Below, piece by piece: positions 38,076-50,200 of a stretch of 64,000 nt of DNA. The position numbers and the translations under genes were made by a program. This stretch comes from Phoronis australis (lineage: Eukaryota > Animalia > Phoronida): contig NMRA01000079.1 of the NCBI GenBank assembly GCA_002633005.1, positions 90,397 through 154,396 of the forward strand, written 5' to 3'. The notes beneath the pieces were generated by a model. That model was not told the origin of the DNA, did not search any database, and worked only from the letters and a program-made list of their open reading frames with translations. Numbering within the stretch: the first letter of the stretch is position 1; each line of letters opens with the position of its first letter.

Positions 38076-39183
38076 CTGAAAAATATGCGCTTCTCGTTGA
38101 CCAGGTAGAAAACAAATGCGCTCTGAGAGCCATAAACAATATGCCCATGCGTAAGGGGAAATTCGTCGGGCAGGCTACCTGGATGTGTACGACCCGGCGT
38201 AAGTTTGAGTTCCCAGGGTCCAAGATCTAACCTCGAACCAAAGCGCGAAATTTAACCAATCAAGCTGCACGAATCGAGTTCAAATTTGTAACTTTACTCG
38301 AAACGTGACATAGTGTGGGAGACTCAAGAATCCATGTGGGAATCAATCACATTGGGATGCTAGCGACATCTAAAGGACGAGAGGGTAGTTCACATGTCCT
38401 AAAAACATATCACTTCATATTACACACGCTGTAAAACGGTCTTTCCACGAAGTCAAGAACGTTAATTTACTTGTACAACTGGCAGCGAAGATGAAATACC
38501 AAGTGTCACAGCCAAGTGGCGATTAGAGACACCTGTTCCACGTGGCCACCCTAAATTGTTTCCCATTTTTCAAGTTTTCCGTCGAGCAAAACTGCATATT
38601 TTGGTAAATGCATTTCTAAAAGTAAACCATGCTCATAATTGTGCATATGTATAATCAAACCCACAATGCAACATCCTGGTCAATTCCCAATCCCGCTAAT
38701 TCAAGTACGGTCTGGATCAGTTAACATTTGATAGTAATGCATCAGTTGCAAAGAACCGTTAAAAGTCAAAATTGATAAATAGTGGAACTGAGGCACATGT
38801 CCAGTAATTTCAAACTGAATTGGACAGACTTGTACAAAACTCTGTCAGTCTCTGCAAAGCTTGGACGAAATTCGTCCCAGAATTTCGTCCAACATTTGTG
38901 GCAAAAAATGACATTTTTGTCGAACTTTATTTTCGATAGGATATCACCTTGTTGCACCTAGCCGATAAATATTTATTTGTAAAAGGACTTGCAAGGCACG
39001 ACATTGCGTCTTTTACAAAGTCCGTGGACCACACCTGTTGAGATTACGTCTAAAATTTACCGTAACTGAAACGTGTTCAAGTCGAAAAGAAAGTGGACAC
39101 TTTATTGCGTTTTTGTGTAAAAACGTTATCTAATTTCGACGCTGTCTGTTTGATCTTAAAAAATTGGGGTACATGTTACTTAC

Positions 39184-39297
39184 GATCACACTTTGTATCC
39201 GCAATAGACTTGAATCCTTCTGCACAAGAACACGAGCTTGGGTAGCCATCGCTGCATGCACCGGGGAAGCAGAACTTATGTTTCCAAGAGCAACGAG
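39184..39297 (-). CDS. Giant protein exon 5, EGF-like module
   Basis: RCSWKHKFCFPGACSDGYPSSCSCAEGFKSIADTKCD (6 Cys); phase 1-1. Confidence 0.9.
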
Positions 39298-40672
39298 CTG
39301 CAAGAACAACAAGACAACACAGAATTCAATTTCAAGTCTCGATTACAGCACTTCTCGGACATTCAGACGTGTTCTCCGTTTGTTGTTTTCTAACACTGCT
39401 CCTTGGCGGCTAGACGGGGTTTGGTACAATTTGTATTCTACACATAGGAAAAGCCCATTTAATCAGCCTGCAAGAAATAAATACTTTTTAAATACGACAG
39501 ATTTTTTTTGTTTGTGTGACTCATCACTTTCGCTTTCGTGAATGTGTCCGCGCAACCATAGACCATAGGCAATGGATTTTCAACTTCGGTATTATGGAGT
39601 TCAAATGTGGTGCCACTTTCCAACTGCCGGAAGTAAAATATTGTATCACACTAGGCGCCGCTAGACGTCGTGGGCAATAGTAATGGTCGCGCTTTGTGCA
39701 CAAGGTCACGCAGATCTTGTGCATTGGGAACACACAGAGTTAGCGGTCCTTGTACTGTGTATATGGTGCTATCAAGGAATCAATATATGGAGACGCTCTG
39801 TAGAACGTTTCTTAACAAAAGAAATAAAGACGAACAGAAAACCCGTCAACATGAATATAAAGAATTAGATATTACACCAAAGACGCTAACCTCTCTACGG
39901 TCTCTGATTACACACAGCCGAACCACTGGCACGTCGCTGAAAACGAAGAGAATGTGGTTTTGGTGATTTTGGGGAATCCACTAGGCTATTGCGATCAGAC
40001 GTATGTTTCATGAATAGTAACTTAGAATTGAGTCAGAAGTTTGATGGGGAGCACCACACGACAAGTCCAACTTATAGGAGACACTCCCAAGAATGAGACC
40101 CTGGGTGTAATGAGGAAATGGGAGTCGTCGATTACTAGCCCAAGGTATTGTTCTTTGAAGACTCACTACCCATATCATTTGTTGTGCAAGTCCAGCGTTC
40201 ACATGCAATTTCCGTTTAAAAGAATTGAACTCACGGCGGCGAACTTAGCCCGGCTTGTAGTACCATAAAGATACCCCCACCAACCGTTGGTTCTGTCGAA
40301 GCCCTATTAGTGTAAATAGTCGGTCTGGGGCGAGTTTGCTGCCCCGCGTGGGGCCAGTCCACCCTTCCCTGGAGAGGCTATTTTTTTTCAAAAAGCAACT
40401 CTATGTAGAAATTCATGTTTTATTTTATGGGACTCACCTCAAGTTGTTCTCACATAACGTAGAATTTTCGTGAGGGCTTGACAGGGACCTCAGGGGTCTC
40501 AAACTCCACTGATTTATCCACGTTATTTTGGAAATGCTTTGCCCAGTCAAACATTTTGTGGCATAAAAGTAATTAAGCACATCTGCAGCTGACGCATCAA
40601 GTAGAACTACTCTCGTTTATCACTTTGGTGTAGACTCACATCAGTTGAACTGTGGTTTTCTGTTGACCTCAA

Positions 40673-40716
40673 ACCGTCCGGAGTTGCACCATGTACATGT
40701 ACCAACTCCGGACGGT
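40673..40716. repeat. 14-bp perfect stem-loop
   Basis: accgtccggagttg ... caactccggacggt. Confidence 0.8.
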
Positions 40717-41474
40717 CTCTCCCGACGATTTAGCGTTATGATTTTATCAATTGGGTGCTAAAATCATAATATTTCATAAATTTGCCAGAAAGTACAGCTA
40801 GTTGCCAATGTTAACGTGTTTCAATCTTATCTCAAACCTTTTTTACTGACTTCCATTCTAACTCATGTCAAAAACTACGGCTATGTCAACTAATGAAACA
40901 GTACATTTTTGTCAAAATCCAAAGGTTTTCGCTGAATTATTACTTTGTTCCTTATTTCATTATACACTGTCAATGTCAACTGAATTTGCAATGCGTAATT
41001 TACTACATTATTTCATTTAAATTTAAGTCGATTTTCAATGCCGCCAGTCAAACTGGGTCAAAAGTTAAACGCTAGTAGGTCGACTGTACATTGTGGTACA
41101 AAATTTATCAACCACAGGGTAGACTGAAAATCAAGAAACCAACTACCAAATGGAGAAATAGAAATCGAGTACCTGTGGTTAAAGCGCGCCGTGAGCACGA
41201 GATCGAAACAGCACGCGTCATATGACAGATGAAGTGAATGATTTTGGGTGAAGTTTTATCTTTTTCATGTTCGTGAAAACAAAATTGACAGACCCCGCCG
41301 TGCGGCGAACCGGTGTGTTTACCATACGTTATCAAACGTCGTGTGTACACAGAAGCACAACTATTTTAGGATCAAAACTACATTTAGAGTTCATTTCCCG
41401 CTGCATCTTTCTGTGCTGTGTACATCTCGTCGACTCATTAAAATTGCGACTCAGTGAATCAAAAGGTTGTGAAT

Positions 41475-42799
41475 GGGGCTATTCGGAAAATCTACAATAA
41501 CTAGAGGGCGTGCGTGTACTAGTGGTGATAGATTAACAGCCTCGATTTCGCGTGCCCTTTAAATACATGGTGAAATGGCTTGCAGCCGTGCCAACTGAAT
41601 CGGAGATTGCGTAAAAAGGGTGCTTCTATGAGAGGAAGTAAGCACGACCTCATACAAAGGTAAGGTTTGTGATTATTTTAACGATTATTCCATAATTATT
41701 CTACCGATGCCTGTTAACTGAGGCACTCGCCGATGTCGACTTCGCGGCAGTCAGTCGCCAGCCAGAGTCTGGTTAATNNNNNNNNNNNNNNNNNNNNNNN
41801 NNNNNNNNNNNNNNNNNNNNNNNNNNNNNNNNNNNNNNNNNNNNNNNNNNNNNNNNNNNNNNNNNNNNNNNNNNNNNNNNNNNNNNNNNNNNNNNNNNNN
41901 NNNNNNNNNNNNNNNNNNNNNNNNNNNNNNNNNNNNNNNNNNNNNNNNNNNNNNNNNNNNNNNNNNNNNNNNNNNNNNNNNNNNNNNNNNNNNNNNNNNN
42001 NNNNNNNNNNNNNNNNNNNNNNNNNNNNNNNNNNNNNNNNNNNNNNNNNNNNNNNNNNNNNNNNNNNNNNNNNNNNNNNNNNNNNNNNNNNNNNNNNNNN
42101 NNNNNNNNNNNNNNNNNNNNNNNNNNNNNNNNNNNNNNNNNNNNNNNNNNNNNNNNNNNNNNNNNNNNNNNNNNNNNNNNNNNNNNNNNNNNNNNNNNNN
42201 NNNNNNNNNNNNNNNNNNNNNNNNNNNNNNNNNNNNNNNNNNNNNNNNNNNNNNNNNNNNNNNNNNNNNNNNNNNNNNNNNNNNNNNNNNNNNNNNNNNN
42301 NNNNNNNNNNNNNNNNNNNNNNNNNNNNNNNNNNNNNNNNNNNNNNTTCCAAAAAGAAACACTTAGTTCCACTCAATAAAACTGTTATTCAGTGGGGTAA
42401 CTGGTGGGGATAACATCACCGAACGATGTTGATAGAAACTGATTGCTAAAAACTTACCAAGTAATGTTGTGTAGTCTCCGAATGGAACCGCATAGTCATA
42501 GACATAGTCATAGAGAGCACTCACGGGGCTTCAGCATCCACACACTTTTTGTCAGTTAGTTGACCCTGTTGACCGCAATTGTCCACGAATATAGTAACCT
42601 TAGGTCTTTTGGGAATTTGTGGCCACCTGTCGAAGACTTGCACCACGGAAATTAGCAGTAATAAGGCTTAGCGCGACGACGTATTTTGATAAAAATTCCA
42701 TCTTTTACCAGTTGTTTACATGTAGAAAGCCACGCATGCGCAATTCAATCACCACTAGTACAGCAGCGACACCGCGAGGAGAATTCTCCGAATAGCCCC
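41475..42799. mobile_element. TIR element spanning the gap at 41778-42346 (ISL2EU/Harbinger-like)
   Basis: TIRs ggggctattcggaaaat / attctccgaatagcccc, subterminal gtactagtggtgat / atcaccactagtac, AT on both sides. Confidence 0.7.
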
Positions 42800-43182
42800 A
42801 TTGTGAGTACATGAGCTGCGCATGCCTGGCTGGAGATTCGATTTTGAAAGACAGCTCCGTAACCTCTGAACTTTGATCAGCAATAAACAGATTTTCACGT
42901 GGTTGAAAGTGGTTCTGCAAAATCCTACATGTTTTATATGTCTCATCTGAAATTACCTGAGAAGTGAATGAAGATGAGGTTTTTTACTAGACGTGTGGAA
43001 TATTGCAAAAACGGTCATTTTTGTGAATAAGGTTTCTAATATCCTGAATTCTAAAAGCACTGACGTTTCTATTTAACTAAAAAGCCTATTTATTAAACTG
43101 TGTACTCTTTGGTAGCTTTGTTCACTGAGTAGTGTCATGTTCTCACAGTCGTCCTCCTCTGAGTTACAATTATGTCTTGTTG

Positions 43183-43390
43183 GTGATCTCAGCACATTCC
43201 TCGTGATCTCAGCACATTCCTCGTGATCTCATCACATTCCTCGTGATCTCAGCACTCCATTCCTCGTGATCTCATCACATTCCTCGTGATCTCAGCACAT
43301 TCCTCGTGATCTCATCACATTCCTCGTGATCTCAGCACATTCCTCGTGATCTCAGCACATTCCTCGTGATCTAAGCACATTCCTCGTGAT
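43183..43390. repeat. 20-bp minisatellite, about 10 copies
   Basis: tcctcgtgatctcagcacat unit. Confidence 0.95.
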
Positions 43391-43804
43391 CCCAGAATCG
43401 TTGTCATTACAACACAGCATTAAGAAAATGGAAATTTAAGGATATTTCGAAAATGTAATAAAAGTTTTTAGTGTTTTATTTGTGAATACTGAAACCTGAA
43501 TATGTCCACTACGTAGTGTAATAATCAATATTATCACTCCAACGTACTTCTTATCCACTTGTAAACGTATGAGTTGAAGTAATTGCAAGAATAGTATGGA
43601 ATCAAAGTTACTACCAAATTTAGGATGCCGTGAGGGGGAGGTTCCGAAGGAAAGTGCCATGTTAGTCCTAAAAACGGCGTGCTCAAAGAATTTTCTCTCT
43701 TTCTGGGCCTTTCCCGTACGGAGCGTCACCGTCCTCAGCATCCCCCCGAAATCCACTCTTCAAAAAGTAATGCGTACCATTGCAAAAAAAAAACGTTTAC
43801 TTAC

Positions 43805-43954
43805 GATCGCAAACCGTCTTGGCGGAGTTAGGTGTCCAAGCAGTCTTGTCTTTAACCGACTGATACTGTAGGTTACATTCAATGCACTTCTTGTTATCTG
43901 GACCTTCGTCACATGTCATGTGCGCGCAGTTTTTGATATCAGCAACAGGGCATG
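43805..43954 (-). CDS. Giant protein exon 4, Cys-rich module
   Basis: CPVADIKNCAHMTCDEGPDNKKCIECNLQYQSVKDKTAWTPNSAKTVCD; phase 1-1. Confidence 0.88.
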
Positions 43955-44210
43955 CTAAAAACAAAGAAAATGTTCTTTTTTGAAATCATTTTATCTTACA
44001 AAGACTGTGCAAAGACTAGGTGACATGATCTTACAAAGACTGTGCAAAGAGGTGACATGATCTTATGTGCATGGCACTGGGTGGTCCTCGATATTAGAAT
44101 CGATAACAGAGAACAAAGATGATCATGCTTTTAACTCTACTTACAAAGAACGAATGAAAACGACTACAGCTGGGTCGAGAGACGAACGGGAAAAACGATC
44201 TTATACTTAC

Positions 44211-44312
44211 GATCACACTTGGGAGAGTAGAATTCAGAGTTGCAACTGGTACAGCGATCCGGCAACGAGCATGTGCCGCCGTTAGGACACGTCGTCTTTC
44301 CAAAACATACCG
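44211..44312 (-). CDS. Giant protein exon 3, EGF-like module
   Basis: VCFGKTTCPNGGTCSLPDRCTSCNSEFYSPKCD; phase 1-1. Confidence 0.9.
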
Positions 44313-45428
44313 CTACAAAAACACATTCTCATCAGCAAACTTTGACGACCAGTCATTATGTGACGTGGACTATTAGACAATGCGGGGATAAGACCTTCCC
44401 ACAGATTATAACTGGCTTATACTAATCATAGGCATGCAAAGGCTACAGTGTAGTCATTTATTGTGCAAAATGTTTTCGGTTCTTCAACTGTTGCTGTCCA
44501 GCCAAAGCCTGATTGAAAACAGTGAATATTTCCACAAAACATGTCAGGATTACATAGGTTGCTTTCATAAAATTTTTGTAAGCTCGCGCTAGATTTTTAA
44601 AGGCATTGGCCAAAATGACTAAAGCATCTGAAATCTTTTAGAAATTTTCAAAAAATTTTAGCCAAATACTTTCTCTTTTCCCAACCCCGCAAATGATAAA
44701 AATACGGACAGAACATTTTATTTGGCGTGTTGTGCACAGGTCCTTTTCGTAAATATACCATAAGGAAAGACGTTTTGCCTTAAGAAAATAAAACAAACGA
44801 TCAGCATTCCAACCTAATAAGTTGGCAGGGGTGCCAACCAACTTGGGTTTTATTATGACCTAAAAAGTTTTATGCCCGAGTGACTGCGTGAGTACACCGG
44901 CCACATGTCCAAGACATTTTGGTCCAAACCGTTAACATAACGTGTGACTTCCAAAATAAAGCTGAATTTCGCTGAGTTGTAAATTTAAAACTCATTAAGT
45001 AACAAATTAACATTTACTTTACATTGCTTTATATCAGTCGCGGCCGAAATACAAACGCATGCCAGTCTCTCAATAACTTTTTCAGTGTCCTTAATCAATT
45101 GATTTGGGGCCGAATATCGACCCCATTCTCCTCCGAAAAATATAGAGAAATCACGCGAAATTCCCCTCATGAGACCCAAATATTCCCCTCAAGTGATAGT
45201 AAAATATTCCCTTCGGGGTTCTAATCATTTGTGACGTACACTGGTCACAATTTGTATGAGCGCAAAATGTTACTTTTGGCTACTTGTGGCAGAACTTCTG
45301 AGGGTTTTCAAAGGGTGGGGGTGCTTTTGATGGTGATCGGGAGATAGAATTTTCTGCTCAGAAGCAACATTCCTCCTTAAATGTAACGTACAAACAGCTT
45401 TACTGTCATGTCAATAACTTGGACTTAC

Positions 45429-45514
45429 GAACGCAATACGAAGACCCGTTGTCTGTATAGCCAGAGCAGCAGCGTTTTTTTACTATACTCCTGTAGCCGA
45501 CTCTGTACCTCGTC
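45429..45514 (-). CDS. Giant protein exon 2, EMI domain C-half
   Basis: TRYRVGYRSIVKKRCCSGYTDNGSSYCV (CCxGY motif); phase 2-1. Confidence 0.88.
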
Positions 45515-47170
45515 CTGTAAACAATCAAAGCAACCTAAATTTTGTTTTGGTGCTTTCGTCTAAGCGTTGATCACTTGTAAGAACTGTTGCATAATTAGCA
45601 AATTCCCGAGTGAGATAAGATAAAAGTCAGCTGAATTTTCTCCTCATTCCATCAATGTGGATTTTGGTGGGCAGTCCTTTTCCTTCTCCCGTTGAATTTA
45701 TGGAAGGGTCCCAGGAGAAAGTGACAGTTTGGCCAATTTCGGAACATCATACCTACTGGTTGAACGGATTCAGGTGACACTTGCACATATCATTTCTTGA
45801 GCACCGTTGAGTTATTTTTAAAACGTTCCACCTCTGTTTGAGGTAAAAATCGGATTTTTAAGATGTTCACGAAAAAAAAATCAAAATTTGCATAAACAGA
45901 AAGGAAATGATAATTTAGAAAACTGTAACGGCGTTTTCGAGTTTTTATTTTGAACATTTATATTAAACAAAAACTCTCATTCTCGTATCCTTGACACCGC
46001 TGTCCCTTCGTTTTTGCCAGGCACGTTCAACTGACTCAGTTTATGGCAGATTGGTAAAACATCAAAAATCAAAATCCACAATCTATCTACAGTCAGAAAA
46101 TGCACACTTTCACTGATCGTTGATCTCAATGCTTTGAGTAAGTTCAAAGGTTATCCCAGCCTATGTAACATCCAAGCTTAACCCATGGGGATGTCTGATC
46201 AATTCAAGTTGGTCGTAAAACCATCTTAACTCTTTCCGACATACCGTAACCAGGGCCTAAGATTGCGGACTATCAATATCTTAGGTGGCACTTTATGTTT
46301 TTTTTTTTGGCCGCTGTTGAATTTGCCTAGTCTAATTTCATTCACAGTTGGCGCCTGTCGAGCGGGCAGGGGATTTTTTGTGCTGCAACTGGCTTTTGCT
46401 TGATTTTTTAATCTGATCTAAGTGAAAGATTGCTAGTTGTCGACCCTTTGTCCCACTTTCTGTCCAGCTGTGACTTTTCCTAAGCCTTTACTGCTTGCAA
46501 TTGGTTATTAGACCCCGGACCCAGGTCGCTAGAACACGTGGGAATTCAACAGTTTTTTGTGTACTGGAAATCGAACTCGAAATTGATATGGACATTTCAG
46601 TTCATCTTTAAAAAAATTCATAACTGTCTATAGTCTGTGCATTGTGGACATGACTTGATGAATACACCATTTAATTTTTTGAGTTCGAGTTTGAACTCGA
46701 AAGCTTAAATTTTTAGTCTTGCTTGTTGGTCAAAAACAGGGGTCATCACATTCGAAACTCATCTCCTTAAACCAAAATACTAGGGCATACAGTAACGAGC
46801 ACTATATCTTGAGTTCGTATTAAAGCAGGACATAACATATCAAAAATAATATTGACTTCGATTTCGAGTACAAAGATTAGACCACGGGCCGTGATTGGCT
46901 AAATTCATTGATTGATTGACGTATCGGAATGACCCGTTCACGAGAAATGAGAGTCTTCATCTACATCGCGATCATATGCAGTAAGCATAAGCTAAAGTTG
47001 TGACATTCTTCTGTGCCATGCTTACACACTTTCATCAATTTTGGGGTCTAAATTTCGCGCAGCACTGTGGCATTAGTTTGTCACGTGACCCCGAAAGACG
47101 TAAACCTCAGGGAGAACAAAGAGACAATCGACGGTCTCATACGTCATACATCAAAACTGCGTGCACTTAC

Positions 47171-47282
47171 CGATATCTTGTACATCTGAAATCCCAGTCC
47201 AAGCAACTTGTCGTATAACTTGATCTGTATGACTGTCTGTACGACTCTTGAACGTAGTAGTAGCAGATGCTATTATCAACGC
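47171..47282 (-). CDS. Giant protein, first located exon, EMI domain N-half
   Basis: VDNSICYYYVQESYRQSYRSSYTTSCLDWDFRCTRYR; gacag / gtaagt; phase 1-2. The upstream start/signal-peptide exon was not found. Confidence 0.85.
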
Positions 47283-50200
47283 CTGTCAAGCTAAAGAAAA
47301 TTAAAATGAGTTACGTTCCAAAATTGTAAGCGCCATATTCTTCACATATCAGGCCCTCTCCCAGTCCTGGATTTCCATTTTGGGAGATCCATCCGGGCAT
47401 TTTTGACAGCCGGATGGGAATTACTGTACATTAAAGAGTCATTGGCCATTCAGAACCAGCTTGCTACTGATTCTCTAAATAACATGCAGAGCTCGGTGAT
47501 TCTGCAACTATGGTGATGACCAGCTACTGACTATATTCTATGTATCTCTCACTTCACTCTATGGATGTTACCTGAGCTGTATGTTGGCACTTGTCGTCCT
47601 TTGTAAATATGATCCTGATGATGTCTAGTGTATAGACGAAACGTTGACTGAACATGAACTTTTTTATTTGTACGGCGATCATCCGATATAAATGATCTAA
47701 CTGAGATTTCAAAATCGTTGTTACAGTTTTATTAGTTGTCATTTTGTTTTTGTTTTATGCAACTTTTCACTTTATCGAGGAAATTAACTTCCAATTTTGG
47801 ATACCCTGTCATTCACAAGGGAATGAATTTGAAGACTGGCGTACAAAAGAACAGAACACAAAGCTTGACACCATGAGCTTCACATGATTCCGTTCAGTCA
47901 TGTATGATTTGTGATTTGCGAAGTAGTCAAATTTATTCATTTATCTGTCTTGGACATGCGCAAAAATCAAACTCCTTATTTCCTTCTGGAGAAATATTGG
48001 TCATTATGCTCAAAGTGTAATGAATTTTTTTGTGACAGTTTCAATGACAGTTTCTGTGTCTCCGTTATTTGTCGAGTTAACTTGCCGAGATGAGACTATC
48101 GAAAACAACGGCTGACAAATGACATTGCAAGCGTTTCTTCTGTGATGCTTTTCTGGCACAGGAAGTAAGAGAATCAACCATGGTCCCTTTTCTGTCGTAT
48201 TCAGCAATTGTGAAGACTGTATTCAGACAAGCAAAAATAAACGAGCTGTTAATTGAAGTTGTTGGTCTTAAGCTAAAGCAAGTCTGCGCCACTTAAGGGC
48301 TTCGTTTACATTTGCGTCATTTTTTATTGCGCATTACAAAATACCGCCGATATATCGTTGGACTACCCGATCTGATGTTCTCACATAATTGACATCATTC
48401 CTCCTCAGAATGAATACCATCTTACACCAGGCGTGAACCAATGCATTGCGTAATTAGTGTAGAGATTTCAATGCGCACACCTGAGTTAGGTAATAATTTT
48501 GAAAAGAAATCGTCTTGCGAACTGACCTGCCCCAAAGCATCAATTGAACAGAACACTTCATGTATGACATGCCCGCGTCTAACCTCTCAGAAGAGGATTT
48601 CTAAATGTGCCCCGGTTAGAAGGGTTTCTGATTCTTTCGGGACCAGCTTCCCTGCGAAATTAAGGGATCTTACTCCAAAAAAATCTCTTCATCCAGATTC
48701 CCTAAGTTCGAGGTCAGAATCTCAAGATCCCGTCCTCGTTTTCCTCCTAGTGCTCTCAATAAAGTTATCGTTTTTCTTTTTCGACTAAAACTTTTGGTTG
48801 CTTTAAAAATAGAGTTGTAGAAAAGACACGACACTATTGACATTGACATGAATACCGCGTTTCCGAAAAAAATTATTCGTGAGTAAAACCTTTTCAACAC
48901 CTTTGCACACCTTTTCAGGAATTGGTGCATATGTTGAAACAGTCACAAATAGTCATAAAACCGAGTTCCCTAAATCTTTTGCGTGTTTGTGTCGACTATT
49001 GACAAATAAAATTATATTCTACAATTTTATCTTCATTGTGATCTTCTCTTTGACTGATGACGTTTTCTAATTATATCGTTAAAAACTGAACCCTTACTTC
49101 AGTAAATAATAATGGAGACGTAGGGCAGTTGCATGAAAATAATCTTATTTATTGTCAAAGATATTGAGTACTCAACGTAGAGTTTACTTCAGAATTGTAT
49201 TAAAAATATAGTAATGAAGCTAAAACAGCACATGGAAAGATAATCAGTGATTTCACAAGTCCACATACACGTACCAGATTTTAAGGAACTTGGTTGAGTC
49301 CTGATTCAGGTGGGCCATTAATTCACTTTTATGTTAAAAATTACAACTGTAAATGGCATCTGAAAACATATGGCTTATGCTTATTGCATCATAGAACTCT
49401 AGGAACGACAACTCCCGCACGTGACCTAATGTATTCTATTATTAGAGCTTGCAAACCCGAGACTAGCTGCAAGTGTTTTGTTAGGTATGTTAGGTACTCC
49501 CGCTAGGGGGCAGTTTTGAGTTTTATCGAGGAGTTCTAGTTTGTCGCCAATGGTGAGCAGACGTGTGTCATGATTTATCTGAACACTGACGCTGGACTTC
49601 ATGATTTCTTCATACTTTCTAAATACTGAATGTTATTTGTTTAAATAATCCAAAGCAAGTGTGAGGGATCCATATTCCAAAACCTTTATCATCTTATGGT
49701 AGAAATCTTTTGAATCGTTAATATCATTTTCTTAATGGCTTAACTAGTCATTTATATAACCTCTCTGGTTCATTTCATTTTTGGTGTTACTGTTACACGA
49801 TGTTATTAACTCATTTTGGTAACGCTCTTGGTTTTTAGAATTGAAAGCTATTTCCAGAAAAGATAATTACTTTCGAATTAAATTAGTTATCTTTTCTTTC
49901 AGGTATAATCTTCAAGAACTGGAAAAGGGCTTTCTAATGATGTGGCTCTTATCTATTTCGGTTGAAAAACGGAGGAGTTGCGAAAAGTTCTATTGACAGT
50001 AAATCCGTAGCAAGTACACACACCAAAACAACGAATGCAAACAAATCTCACGCATGTGCGGCGCAACCTCAGCGGCCGCGAGATCGGAGTTTGATTCCAG
50101 GACTAGAGTTCTATGATTACGTGTATGTTTCCACTTCATTAGCTCAGGGATCTCCGCTTACAATAGACAGGTACATGTAGCCAGCACAAATGTTTCTGGA

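Noticed and set aside
41714-42413. ORFs of about 200 aa
   Set aside because: Artefacts of the N gap.
42525-42626. Possible extra exon of the giant gene (AG...GT bounded)
   Set aside because: It is open only in phase 2-2, which is incompatible with the flanking phase 1 exons, and it lies inside a TIR element.
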